This document shows, in pieces, positions 49,737 to 62,300 of a DNA stretch of 64,000 bases. The position numbers and the translations under genes were made by a program. Below the pieces are notes generated by a model, which worked only from the letters and a program-made list of their open reading frames with translations, had not been told where the DNA came from and searched no databases. Each line of letters opens with the position of its first letter. Position 1 is the first letter of the stretch. This DNA is from a virus. The stretch spans positions 1-64,000 of the IMG/VR virus record IMGVR_UViG_3300044539_000111; one strand, 5' to 3'.

Positions 49737-50291
49737 ATGGAAAAAATGCAATATGAATTATTAAAAGAAATGGGTATCTACATTCAAAAAAGCAAAACTT
49801 TTTTATGGCCGTTGCTGAATATAAAAGTTCAGCCAATAGAAACCTATTTAAAATTTGGTGATGTTAATCACACCAAAGAATCAAGAATACTAATTGCTTT
49901 GTTTTACAATAAAGATGCAGATTATGTTAAGATAAAACCTGAAATAGAAAACTCAAAATTTCATGATTTTACTTTTACAGATGACGAATTTGACATTGTA
50001 ACATTTAACATGTATAGTTTAAAAGATGACTATGACAAAGTAGTTAGTGGTAGTTATTCAGAAATCTCAAAAGAATACAAACTGCTAATGTCAGTTATAG
50101 AAAAAAACAAAATAGTTTTAAAATGCTTAGAACCTGCTAGCAATTACAAAGAAATTGCTGGAATTTTAGGAGTGTATGAATCAGAACTAGAAGGAAAAGA
50201 ATTACTTTCTCCGCCTAGTCCTGATCAAGAAACTATATTTGTTACACCTTCAATTAAAAAACAAATAATTGAAGATTATTGTTTTAGTTAA
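49737..50291 (+). CDS. Conserved hypothetical protein
   Basis: QKSKTFLWPLL; last gene of plus-strand block. Confidence 0.7.
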   Translation: MEKMQYELLKEMGIYIQKSKTFLWPLLNIKVQPIETYLKFGDVNHTKESRILIALFYNKDADYVKIKPEIENSKFHDFTFTDDEFDIVTFNMYSLKDDYDKVVSGSYSEISKEYKLLMSVIEKNKIVLKCLEPASNYKEIAGILGVYESELEGKELLSPPSPDQETIFVTPSIKKQIIEDYCFS

Positions 50292-53200
50292 AGAAATCTG
50301 AATTTTCTCTTTGAATAGTAGTAGGAGCATCAACTAAACTTCCAGATAAGCCCATAGATTTAAGCACAATATTTAATGCTTTATCTCTGCCTTTTTCTTG
50401 AAATTTGTATGGTCCTGCTGCTTTTTCATAGACATCCGGCTCATCAGTAAAATATGTTGCATACAGCGAGCTTGCTAAATCTTCTATTGTAGCTAAACCT
50501 CCACCAGTAAACAAAGGTGATTGTCCAGTTACAATATCTTTTGTTGTTGATAGAGCATTAGTTAAAAAGAATGTATCCTCCTCTTTCTTAAAGACCAAAA
50601 GCAAACGCAATGTCTGTAACTTTAAATAGTTTTCTGAGTGAAAGCGTTTGTTTGTACCTTTAATTGTTCTTGCATCAGAAATTAAAGGTAATTCAGGTAA
50701 GGATGTTGAATGTTTCAACTTTGAATAAATCCCGTCATCATTTGGATCCCAAGTAAAATCAATAAGTCCGTCATCATCATCATCAAAACCAATTGACATG
50801 GCTAACATATTAATGATCATTGAAATCATTTTTGCTAAAACTAACTGCATTGCTCCTTTTTTAGCTTGCCAACTATAGGCATCCAGTTGCCAAAATTTTC
50901 CTTTATTGCTTACAAGTTCATTTGCTAAAGCAACAATCCCTAAATAAGTTCCAAGCTCAGCCCTGCGCGTTGAATAATTTAATCGTCTTTGACCTCTTTT
51001 TCCTTTTTTAGTTCTTATCTGGTATCTATCTAATGCCATTCCAGGAAAAAACTTCATTAAAAAGAACGCAGCCTTTCCCAACAAACTTCTATAAACCTCT
51101 GGTTCATTAAACTCATTTGCTATACCAAGTGATTTTTGTAAAAAAGATTGATGTTCATTCATCAAATCTTGTATTTTTTTTCCAAATTTAATGTTACCGT
51201 CCGCATCATAAGTGATTGCCATATCAGCAGGAACACCTGCTACTGTTTGTATTTTTCCATCAACCAATTCTATAGCTTCATCAAGTGATGTTTTCTTACC
51301 GTTTATCATAAAAGAATTATGCTCAAGAATTGCTAGAAATTGATGAACAGGTACAGATTCACTTAAATATTTTCTATCCGCATAGAAAAAACTTCCGCCA
51401 AACAAAGATTGCGCTACAGTTTTAGAACCTCTTGCACCAATTTCCTTTTTTAAGTTGCCGGGTATAGCATTTAAAATATCTAATAATTGCAATCTTGCAC
51501 TTACATTCTTATTAGAATACTGCATAGCAATTAATTCCCCCATAACAGAAGCAGACTTTCCTCTTGTTAAAGCAACATCCTTCATATTATAAACCGATCC
51601 TTCTGTTGCTTTTTTGTACATCATGGATTTACCTCCAACATAATTTCGCACAGACTTAACCGGATCTAATGCAAATGATGTAAAAGACATCCATCTTTGT
51701 AACCCACCAATAACTCTTGCGGTAAACATTGTTCCACCAGAAGCATCAGTGCCACCACTTACAAATCCTGTAATTGTAACACCTTTAAAATTTTTGTCTA
51801 TTATTTCTCTAATGTTTTTAATTCTTCTGCTTTGAGTAGAATCTTGTTTTTCTAACAACTCTGAGTCTTTAAGCATTTTGTCCACTACTGTTTTTGCAGG
51901 ATTAGTGTACATGTTTGTCATTGCATTTTCAAAAACATTTGCAAATGAATTTACTTTACGCATGCCTTTAAAATGCTCAATAGAATAAGAATGATCCATC
52001 ATTTTATCAATGATGTTAGTGGACACATCTGAAATATCAAGTTTATAACTACCACCTATTGGTCTGGTCAATGTTTTGTAAGAAGCTGTTTGTTGGTCAT
52101 TTGTTCTAATGCCATATTCAAAATCATCTTCTGCACCACGCCACGTTTCAGCAACCCTGTTCCATTTTCTTTGAAAATAATTTTTGTCATACTCCTCAAT
52201 ATCGCCTTTTCTATAACGCGGATAACTCAAATACATTTTTTGAGAAGCATCCAATCCTTTTTGATTATCCAGATGTTTATTCTTTAAATAATCTAACAGG
52301 TTCCATAAATTCCTTTGATTAGAAAACATCTTTTTGTATGTACCATTTACATACTTTGCATTTGGATCTGTTTCATCTAAGTTTTTAGGAAGCCAGTTCC
52401 CTCTGTTATCAACTGTAGCAATAACAAGGTCCCCGTTGTTGTCAACATAATCCCTTTCAATCTTAGCTGTTTCAAATTCTTGTTTTACTTTTCTGCGGTA
52501 GTATGCTCTAGTTGGAATACGCGGAACACCATTTAATTCAATGTATCCATTTGGAGAAAATTCAGCAGGAATTTTTGTACCTAATACACTTTTAGTTTCA
52601 TAATCTGAAATTTCACTAGGCATTGTAAATTGCCAAGCTGCCGTTGGTCGGTTGCGAGTAAACTCTCCAACAAAATGACCATCAACTTTATCAAATTCAT
52701 TTACTGATTCAGTATAATGATTTCTATCAAACCATTCTTTAAACTCAGGGCTAGTAGCAGATAATGCATCTGTAAATTTAGTATCCTTAATTGCTTCAAA
52801 AATATCTTGAGATGTTGGAAATTCACCATCAACAAAATCATAAGCTTTAAATGCATCTTCAAATATATTAGCAAACGCATCATTTGTTTCTACAAATGCT
52901 TTTAAGTTTGAAATATACTGCTGTGTCAATCCGGAAAGCTTAGAACCGTTAAGTTCTTTATCAATCTCTCTTACTCTGTCCAGTGTATCTTTATCTATTC
53001 CTAGATTAGCTAAACGCTTTTGTAAATCTATCCAAAAATTATTGTAGAAATCTTGGTCATTGTCATATTCAAACTCACCATTTTCTAAATAGTATTCTTC
53101 AATTCTTCTAAAGTTACGCATCTCTTGAGGACTATAACCTTTGATATTCAACCACTGTTCTTTCAAATTAGAAATAGTTTGTTGAATGTCTTTTATTTTT

Positions 53201-56200
53201 GCTTGAGCAGTTGGTGTTAAATCATTACCATTGTACTGATTAAAATTATCTTTAGATGGCTTTAGGATTCCGTAAATCTGCTCATACATTGGAGTGACAT
53301 CAATGAATGAATTATTAATTCTAGTAATTGGTTCTACTAAAAAACTTCTTTCCTCAATTAATGCTGCTCTGTTAATGTAATAGTTTTCACTTACAGCAAT
53401 CGTAGTGTTGTGCTTAATCCATTCTTCCATTACTGCATTATATGCATCGCTTCCTGGATGTTTACCTTTAGAAACTAACTCATCATGCAAAAGTTCAAGA
53501 GCTAACTCAAAAGCATTTTCTTTTTCTTCCCACTCATAAAATTCAGAAATCTCATTCCTATAGCCGGTAAGTATTTCAGCAATTTCTCTTGATATACCTG
53601 TTTTTTCTTCACCTGTTTTAAAATCATAAATATTGTGAAGCAATTGGTATTCATTCCAGAGTTCATTTAATGCATCAACTTTCCCAAAGTTTGTAGGATT
53701 GACATCAGCATTTTCAGAAATAACTCGCATCCTATCAAATATATCATCCAGTGCAGCTTTAGCTAATTTACCTGAATCAGTTTTAAAATATCTAGCAGCA
53801 ACTTGATAGAACTCATCCGTGTAATCACGGTTCATATACTTAGTGTCAAAATCTTCTAATGCTTCTTTAGCTTTTTCAAATTCTGCCTTTAAAGGATCTC
53901 TAGATTTTGCATCTTTATTTAAATTAAATTTTTGTCTAGCAAACTTAACAGCATCAAGAAGAAGCTGTCTATCATATTCATAGTTGTGGAAGTTACTCAA
54001 AAACTGCCACTCTAAAAATTCTTCTGATTCACCTTTGTTATTTGTTTTAAATGAACGGTTTATTTGACCAACTTCTTTTCCAAGTTTACCTTCACCTAAA
54101 AAATGTGTATCATAACCCGCAGCTTTTAAAAGTGGCTGTAAGTTGTTTAATAATTCACCTCTTCTTGCATTAGCATTACCATCAATGGTATTAAAAGTCT
54201 TCATTAAAAAAGAATAGAATCCGCCAACAATTTGGTCCTGGTTATTCATAAATGACTCAAACAAACCATTCCATTTATGTGAATCACCTAATCTCCCCTC
54301 TGCTTTTGCTCTAAGCGCATCTTTAGAAATTACATGTGAATTAAATGTTGCTAATTTAAGTTCTTGCAACTTTATCATTTCATCTCTAGTAAGACTTGCT
54401 TCAGGTTTATTTTTTAACCTGTTGTACTCAACCATGTCTGTTGGAGTCAAACCGTAATATTCTGCATGTAATTTATTGTACGCAGCCATAGAACCGACTT
54501 TCTTTAATGAATCCATTTGATCAAGATAATCTTTTTTAATTGGAGTCATTAATTCATTTAAGTGATCATACAAAACATCAATCACTGAATCTATTTGTAA
54601 ACTATCAGAAATTCTTTTACCTGCATCTAATTTTTCTTGTAGTTCATCTAATGCATCATAAATAGGGTTGACTTGTTGACCAGTTAAAGGATCAGTTACT
54701 AATGAATAGGTTGTATATTCAGATTTCCAATCTGTTATTTTAGCTAACCACTCTTCATTGTATTGCATGATTGCAAACAATTGGTCAAATTCATTGTTTT
54801 CTTTTACGCCAGACGCAGCCAGTGCTTTTAATTTATTATTAAGCAAATCCACAACTTCATCTACAGTTGAAATAACTTGAACAAAAGAATTAATCTTGTT
54901 GTTAAAGCTGATAATGTCTGCATCAATAGCAGTATTACCTGTAATGTTTAAAGCATCTAATGGGATAACGATATTTCTTGAACCAAATGTAGCTAGTCCT
55001 TCAAGAATCATTTGAGCTTGATTTAAAAGACCTTCTCTATTTTCATCAGCCAATCCTACTTCAATAGTTTTAAAGATGTCATTCTCTGCTTTAAAGTTTG
55101 ACAGTTGCAGTTTAACTACATCATGAAACTTGTTCATCAACTCCTGAGTTTTCTTTGCAGAACCATCTTTGATTTGTTGTTTAAGTAATTCATAATCTGT
55201 CTTAAACATTACCATCAAATCCTTGTCTAAAAACTCTGTGTCCAAAATAAATTCCTCCCCGTAGTTGATCATTTTTACCAGATCAGCCAATGTAGTTTTA
55301 GAATTAAGTTTTGACACATCTATTTTCTTTCCAAATACTTTTCTAAGAAACTGTTTGATTTGAAAGAATAGGTTTTGAATAAAACTTTTAGGTGCTACAT
55401 CTTCATTCTCATTGATTGCTTCTAAAGATGTAACAATTGCTTCCTCCATATAAGCAGCCGTACCCGGAGTTAAATCCGGATCTAAATTAAGATCAGCTAT
55501 AATACGTTGACCAAGTTCTGTAGCAGCAAGGTCATCAAATAATTTTTGAAATAGCTCAGGATTTTGTTTACTCATAGATTTTACAATCGGGTGAGCAAAC
55601 TCATGAAACACATCTGACGCAGTTAAATTACCTGCAACAATGTAAACCTTACCTGCTTGATAAAAAGCTTTTCTGTAAGACTGATTAGGAAACTTTTCTT
55701 CTAGTTCTTTTTGTGTAATTACTTCATAAGGAACATTCAATTGTTTAGATAATTTTTCAGCAACATCTAACGCTTTTGCTTTGTTTTCTACTTCAACAAC
55801 TTGTTCAAACTGATTTATAAATTCATCAATGCTTGGCATTTGCAAATCCATAGATTCATTTACCGTGTCTTGAAAATCTTGTTCTTCTTCCTCAAGTCTT
55901 TTAAATAACTTTTCTAGAACAACATTAGCAGGCCTAACAACTTTATTTGTTTCAAAATAGTCACGCCATGCTTCTTTTTCACCAATAGCATTTGCTAACT
56001 CATTAAATTTTTGTTGATCAACGGGATCTTCAATTTTATTATAGGCTGGGTTATCTATTAGCAAGCTTAATTCTTTGTCAGAAATAAGTGCAACCTCAGA
56101 TGGATTTTTAAAACCCCAGTCTTCAGTTTGTCCAATAAGCTCTTGCTCTTTTGTTATTGGAGTGCTTTCTTTAAATTCAAGAGTATCATCATACATTTTG

Positions 56201-56310
56201 TATGTTTGCTCTTGCATGAGTTTATCATACATGATTTCAGCCAATAAAAAATTTGGCTCCTGCTCAAGAATTTTCTTAAATTCTGGTGAATTTGGATTTA
56301 CACAGCTCAT
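50284..56310 (-). CDS. Giant virion/ejection protein with zincin motif
   Basis: 2008 aa; HEFAH near N-terminus; follows vRNAP as in crAss-like giant-gene blocks. Confidence 0.7.
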   Translation of the reverse strand: MSCVNPNSPEFKKILEQEPNFLLAEIMYDKLMQEQTYKMYDDTLEFKESTPITKEQELIGQTEDWGFKNPSEVALISDKELSLLIDNPAYNKIEDPVDQQKFNELANAIGEKEAWRDYFETNKVVRPANVVLEKLFKRLEEEEQDFQDTVNESMDLQMPSIDEFINQFEQVVEVENKAKALDVAEKLSKQLNVPYEVITQKELEEKFPNQSYRKAFYQAGKVYIVAGNLTASDVFHEFAHPIVKSMSKQNPELFQKLFDDLAATELGQRIIADLNLDPDLTPGTAAYMEEAIVTSLEAINENEDVAPKSFIQNLFFQIKQFLRKVFGKKIDVSKLNSKTTLADLVKMINYGEEFILDTEFLDKDLMVMFKTDYELLKQQIKDGSAKKTQELMNKFHDVVKLQLSNFKAENDIFKTIEVGLADENREGLLNQAQMILEGLATFGSRNIVIPLDALNITGNTAIDADIISFNNKINSFVQVISTVDEVVDLLNNKLKALAASGVKENNEFDQLFAIMQYNEEWLAKITDWKSEYTTYSLVTDPLTGQQVNPIYDALDELQEKLDAGKRISDSLQIDSVIDVLYDHLNELMTPIKKDYLDQMDSLKKVGSMAAYNKLHAEYYGLTPTDMVEYNRLKNKPEASLTRDEMIKLQELKLATFNSHVISKDALRAKAEGRLGDSHKWNGLFESFMNNQDQIVGGFYSFLMKTFNTIDGNANARRGELLNNLQPLLKAAGYDTHFLGEGKLGKEVGQINRSFKTNNKGESEEFLEWQFLSNFHNYEYDRQLLLDAVKFARQKFNLNKDAKSRDPLKAEFEKAKEALEDFDTKYMNRDYTDEFYQVAARYFKTDSGKLAKAALDDIFDRMRVISENADVNPTNFGKVDALNELWNEYQLLHNIYDFKTGEEKTGISREIAEILTGYRNEISEFYEWEEKENAFELALELLHDELVSKGKHPGSDAYNAVMEEWIKHNTTIAVSENYYINRAALIEERSFLVEPITRINNSFIDVTPMYEQIYGILKPSKDNFNQYNGNDLTPTAQAKIKDIQQTISNLKEQWLNIKGYSPQEMRNFRRIEEYYLENGEFEYDNDQDFYNNFWIDLQKRLANLGIDKDTLDRVREIDKELNGSKLSGLTQQYISNLKAFVETNDAFANIFEDAFKAYDFVDGEFPTSQDIFEAIKDTKFTDALSATSPEFKEWFDRNHYTESVNEFDKVDGHFVGEFTRNRPTAAWQFTMPSEISDYETKSVLGTKIPAEFSPNGYIELNGVPRIPTRAYYRRKVKQEFETAKIERDYVDNNGDLVIATVDNRGNWLPKNLDETDPNAKYVNGTYKKMFSNQRNLWNLLDYLKNKHLDNQKGLDASQKMYLSYPRYRKGDIEEYDKNYFQRKWNRVAETWRGAEDDFEYGIRTNDQQTASYKTLTRPIGGSYKLDISDVSTNIIDKMMDHSYSIEHFKGMRKVNSFANVFENAMTNMYTNPAKTVVDKMLKDSELLEKQDSTQSRRIKNIREIIDKNFKGVTITGFVSGGTDASGGTMFTARVIGGLQRWMSFTSFALDPVKSVRNYVGGKSMMYKKATEGSVYNMKDVALTRGKSASVMGELIAMQYSNKNVSARLQLLDILNAIPGNLKKEIGARGSKTVAQSLFGGSFFYADRKYLSESVPVHQFLAILEHNSFMINGKKTSLDEAIELVDGKIQTVAGVPADMAITYDADGNIKFGKKIQDLMNEHQSFLQKSLGIANEFNEPEVYRSLLGKAAFFLMKFFPGMALDRYQIRTKKGKRGQRRLNYSTRRAELGTYLGIVALANELVSNKGKFWQLDAYSWQAKKGAMQLVLAKMISMIINMLAMSIGFDDDDDGLIDFTWDPNDDGIYSKLKHSTSLPELPLISDARTIKGTNKRFHSENYLKLQTLRLLLVFKKEEDTFFLTNALSTTKDIVTGQSPLFTGGGLATIEDLASSLYATYFTDEPDVYEKAAGPYKFQEKGRDKALNIVLKSMGLSGSLVDAPTTIQRENSDFFN

Positions 56311-59300
56311 TTATAACATGCTTTAAGTTTCTCAATAATTATTTTTTGCACAAGATCATTTCCTTTTGCAAGTGCTTCTTCAATGTATTGTTTTGCATCT
56401 GCTACAGTATGTTCTTTTTGAAGACTTACTGTTAGCTTTTTAGCAAAGTTAACTAATATAGTTTGTTTTTGTTCGGCAGTAAACGGCAGTGTATTAAAAG
56501 TCAAAGAACCCGCTTGTTTTAACTGAGTAATATTATCTTCTAATCTTTTAAGTTCTTCCTGTAAAAATTTATATGTTTCAGGAGCTCTTGTGGGTAATTC
56601 AGCTAAACCAACACCCATTTGTGGAATTATAAGTTTAGAATATTTTCCAGTGTTCCATTCTGCAATTGCTTTGTTTATGTCTTCAGTAATTATTTTTTTA
56701 TTTTCTTGTAACTCTTTATCTGATTTGTATGCTTCTTCGCCTCTTGCAGGTAATTTTTTAGTAGATATACCAATTGCATTTGGTTCATCGCGCATTTCTT
56801 TTGCTTGACCACCTAATCCTTTTCTTATATCATTATCTCCAAATAAATACAAAGTTGCAGGATTTGCTTTAAGTTCACTTCTTAAAATAATTTTATCTGT
56901 TTTTTCAACAACGCCTGTAGATAATTGAGTAGTTGGAGCAGACCAATCATGTTGATTAATTAAATAATCTAATGCTGTAGCATGTGTAGCATAACCTTTT
57001 TCTTGATAATAAAGAATTGAAGATCCTTTAATTTTTCCTGAAGCAATGTCATTAATTATTGCTTGTCTATATTCTTCAGTTGCATTTGCATTACCTAAAT
57101 TTTCTCCAGTTGTCATCCAATGAATAAATTTCATAGTAGAAATTTTACCTGCTTCATCTCTTGACGTTTGTTCATCTTGCCAATCAAATGGATTACCCAA
57201 TGTTAAACCATCTTTGTAGTTTTGCAAAAATGATTTTTTAGAATTACCTCTAAAAGCAATAATCATTGTTTTTAGTTTACCGGTTTTTCTATTCATTTTA
57301 TTATCAAACAAACTGCGCGCTTCAGGTACAATATCATTCCAAAAATTCTTACCTGTGTATGTGGTATTTACATCTAAATCAGATGGTAGAACAACATTTT
57401 CTGATTTAGTTTTATCACCAAGCTGCTCATAAATATTTTGAGCTGCTGATTTTGTTTTAACCGGAACAGGTGTTTGATTAAGTTTAGCACTAGATGTAAG
57501 TACAGCTTGTCTATATTCCATTAAAGTTTCTTCTACTAATGAATCAAACAAAGTTTTACCAACAACAATTCTACCTGATGAAAATTTAAGTTCATTGATG
57601 AATTTAACTCTGAAGCCCACATAATTATTTTTTTTGTAGCTGGTATCTAAATCAGCAATAATTGAGCGTAATTGTTCTTTAACTATCTCTTTTCCATTGT
57701 TGATTAATTCAGACTGAGTAAGCTTTGTAAACCACTCAGGAGTCTTTCTATTTATATCATCATAAAGTATATCCAATAGTTCATTAAACACATTAGAGTT
57801 TGCTGTTCTTGTATCTGTTAGTTTTGGATCATACATTGGATCAGTTACACTTTCAAATGCTTTAGCTGAAATCATTTCATTGTATGTACCTAGCTCTGAA
57901 TAACGTATTACTTTTTTAAATCCAAGACCTTCCAAATGTTTTACAGCCATGTCATCTATACCGGAAGCTGTACCTACAAAGAATGAAGACACACCTGCTT
58001 CTACAGCCTTATCTATTAATGGCTTATGATAAGCATCAAAAGTTTTTTCAACCGCTGTTACAAACTCTTCTTTCTTTTTACCTAAGTATGCATTTTGAGT
58101 AATAGTACTACCAAACACCCAAACTTTATCTGTAGGAACAAATTCAGTTTTTGCTGACTTAGGTTTGGCTAAGGTTCCAGGATGAAAAGATTCTAAAGCT
58201 GCGGCATACGCTGCAGATGATGACTCATACTTAGAATTAAGTGGAGTTGTAGCTTTACCAATTGCTTTAGTGGCAGAGTTTGCCATCGCCTCATCTTTAA
58301 TTGCAAATTTTTCTTTGAAGACATTTGACTGAGCAACTGATAAAAATCCTTTTTTAGCATTTTTAGTTTTGTATCTTAAACTTGGTAAGTCACCTGAATT
58401 ATCAATACCTAAAATAAGCAAAGCCTTATCTAATTCTTTTTGACTTTTTCCTTCCGGTGCAATAAATTTCTGATCTCTAATTACCCATTCCATATTCTGA
58501 ATTGATTCAGCAAATGCTAATGGAGTCATTGATTCATCATTGTAGAAGTACTCAAGTTTTAATTCCTTTTGTTCTGCTGTTATAGCTTTAGCTAAAGGAA
58601 TTTTTGTAATGTTACTTGCTCTTACTTTTGATTCTTTGAGCTTAATATCTTTTGAGAATTTTAGTTTGTCAACAAGATAGTTAGCACCACGAACTTTCAT
58701 ACGCATTCCAGTGCCAACAATCATTCCTTGGTACAAGTTTTTAAACTGATCAATAATTTGTGCATCAATTTCTTTTCTGTTTTCTCTTTGGTCAAAACTT
58801 TTTTGCAATTCATCCAGCACTTGATAAATATACGGAAGACCAATTTGATTTGTTATTGCTTGTTCAAAGTAACTCTGATCAATAATTGGGAGCATGGAAT
58901 ACTTTGAAGCACGGTTAACACCAGACTGCATTATTGCAAGGTGATTTAATTTGTTGATGAAATTTTTAACTTCAGGATGTGGACTGTTTTTAAGTTCTTG
59001 AATATTTTCTCTATAGATAGAAGCCATTTGTGGATCTTTCACCTGCGGAAAATAAATGTTGTTCTTTTTAGCAGATTCATTAAAGTCATATTTTACATCT
59101 CTGAATAAAGCATAGTTTTCTAATTCAGGATAAAGAGCTTTTAAGTTTTGAACAACAGATGCAGCACCAGTAGAAATATCAAACATAGCACTTACATTCC
59201 CTGTGTTATATAAAGCAGCTCTTCCCAATATAATTAGTTTTCCTTGCTCAAAACCTTGATTCATAAATGTTCTCTTTGGTTGATCAAACACTTTGAATTT

Positions 59301-62300
59301 TTCTTTAAACTCATCAACAGTTAAAGTTTCAGCAACCTTAGAAAGATTACTGTATTCAAGTCTAAACTTAACCCATTCTTTTGGTAAAGCGTTGTTAAAG
59401 AATTTTCTGAATGGCATAAACTCCAACATGTTTGCTTCTTTAAAGTAAACATCTGGGCTGTATCTTACTTCACCAGTTTCTTCATTAATGTCCATACCAA
59501 ACTCAACAGATGCATCTTCAACTAAAGTATAGGATTTTCCAACTATGTCAATTTTTTCTGTATCACCTTTGATAAACTTTGTTGGACTTGTAGTATAACT
59601 GTTATCATTATAGACTGCATTTTGATACAAGAACCAAAGAAAGTCATTTTTAAAATCAGCAAGTAATTTTCTTTGATCAACACCCTTTGGTCTTTTTAAA
59701 TCAAGCGATCTTAAAATCAAAGCTTTGTTGTTTCTAAGTTTAAAATACTTAGAAAATAAATCAACAATGAACTCATCATTGTTAAATTTACCAACAGGTG
59801 TATCTTTTAATTTGTCAAACCATGCATCTGGAATCATCTTTTCTGCAATAGGAATTAATTTAAACTCCTCTATTGATTCAATTCTAGCTTGTGCTTCACT
59901 GATGTTTGAAATTTTCTGAGTATCAAATTTTGATACCATTGTAAAATCAGTTAATGCCTGAGCCATTTGTTTTATCTGAAGAAAATGAGATAAGATTTCC
60001 ATATCTCTATAGTTGGGTTCTTGCCCTAATCTATTTGCAATATCTTCATTTGTAAAAGGTTTTGCTGTGTTTGCAATTCTATTAAATGATCCTAAAGAAC
60101 TAGCTTTAGTTACATTTGTTGGATCACTAAAAACATTAGCATATTTTTTACTCAATACTTCCGCTGCTTTTCCAAGCGTGTCAGTTTTACCTTTCTCGTA
60201 ATCTTCAGACAACGCAGCAAATACTCCTTTGTATTCTTCTAGTACTTGATTAAATTCTAAAACTAATGGATTATTCACCATGTTAATAGCTGACGTTACA
60301 TTCATACCTGCCATCACCATAAATAATAATACAGGCGCAGTTTCTTTAGTACCTTGAGCATCAAAAATCCAAGCATCTTTAGCAACATCCACAAAACCAT
60401 TAATAAGCTGAGAAAGAATATCTGAAATTTCTAAGCCGTCCACATTTTTCATTGCGCCTAAAGTGATTGCATTTTTTTCAACATTCAAATTAAATCCAGG
60501 AGTACCTGCATCAGTTACAAAATTTAATTTTTTGTTGCTAAACGTATCAACTGTTTTTAATGCTGCTGCATACTGAGGCGTGTTTGCTTTTCCAAAGTCT
60601 TGAAGAAGCTCTAATGCTTTTACAAACTTAGCTTGATCTTCATTGCTTGTTTCTTGCAAAGTTGCACCAAATGTTGTAAAAAGTGCATAGAATGTAGACG
60701 TAACCGCAGCAATCCCTAATGAATCTTTTCCTACAGAATTTTCCTGATGCTTTAATAAGTTAAACCTGTACTCAAAAATGGAAGTGTTTGAGATTTTTCC
60801 ATTTTTCTGAATCTTGTTGTAGTTTTTCTTAGTCAATTTACCTGCATCTCTGGAAGGTCCTTCGGTATCTTTAGTTGTATTCGGAGTAATCAAATGCTTT
60901 AAGTTATCATTCATCAAAACTCTTTCATTCAACAAATCAAAAAACCTATTCTCTAATCCTTTAACACCTTTGCCATCACGTTCTCTTTGGAAGTTAGCAA
61001 TGTTTACCTTAATGGCATCTACAGCTTCCTGACTCTTCTCTATTTTAGACATGAACTCAAGATAGTTTTCTTTTACAACAGCCATTCTATCAGCCTTGTT
61101 TTTAATTACTGTATCAAAGAAAGCATTTGTTTCACTTTGAGCAAAACTTAATAATGTTAATTTTTGATTTACTTTTTCATCAATTTGTTTTTGTAATTCA
61201 CCATGTAGTTTTTCTTGAAACTCATAATCATAGTCTTTGTTTTCATACACAGATTTCTTTTCTGCATACAAAGCATCAATATCTACTTGAAGATCACTTA
61301 TCTCACCATAAAATGCACCAACGTACTCATTTAAACCTTCTTTTTCAACAAGGTAATCCGTGTATTCTTTCCAGTTTTTTTGTAATGCTGTGTTTGCTTT
61401 TTCTAATTTAGGTTCTTCTTTTTCAATACTCTCTCTTATTTCTTCATAAGTTCGATTTGATGATGAATACTTTACTGCTTCTACAGATCCATTGTAGTTT
61501 CTGATATTCATAAACATCATAAATAACTTATCAATATCAAAGTCAGCTCCAGACTGAGAAACAATTTCAGTAGGTAGTATAATTGTAGGACCGGCAAACT
61601 CAGGTAAAAATTCTGCAACTGTAGCAGCAACTAATGAGTTTGGTCCCTGCGTAGGAATACGCACACCAGGAAGTTTAATTAACTCTCCATATTTATTTTG
61701 CCAGTATGTAGTTTTAATTGCATCATTAAGTCTTTGTAATGATGCGTTATAGTCTAATACTTTTTTACCATTTTCATCTTCAGTGTAAACAGCAATTTTT
61801 TCTCCTTTGACATTTTCTGTGTAAAGTAATTTTTTGAAATCACCTTGAAGTGAAATCTTAACATCCATTCCTTTTACAATAGCTTTCCCATCATTATCCA
61901 AAACCTCATTTCCAAACTCATCTTGTAAGAAATAAAACTTCAAACCATTAGAACCATTCTTCAATAAAGCAGCTTGATTAGAACTTTTAAGCATTTCTTC
62001 AGAAACAGATATTCCGCCAGTCACTTGGAACTTTTCAAACATTGTACCTGCAACTTGAACTAAGGCTTCTCCATTAACTGTAATCCTTCTTAAAGTTTTA
62101 TCTACAAGAGTCACTAACAATTCTTCTAGCTTATCGCTAATCAATGACAAAGACAAGTCATCTATTAATGTTCCATCAGGTTTAATCAAATAGCTAATCT
62201 CCTCTGGCAATACCTCTTTAGACTTTAACTTCTCTCTCAAGTAGTTCGCTAGTTTTGAAGAGTCACCGGTATAAGTTTTTTGACCATTAACTGTATCTTC

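Noticed and set aside
1645-61411. Numerous 60-125 aa antisense or alternative-frame ORFs inside large genes
   Set aside because: Shadow ORFs of well-supported genes, with no motifs
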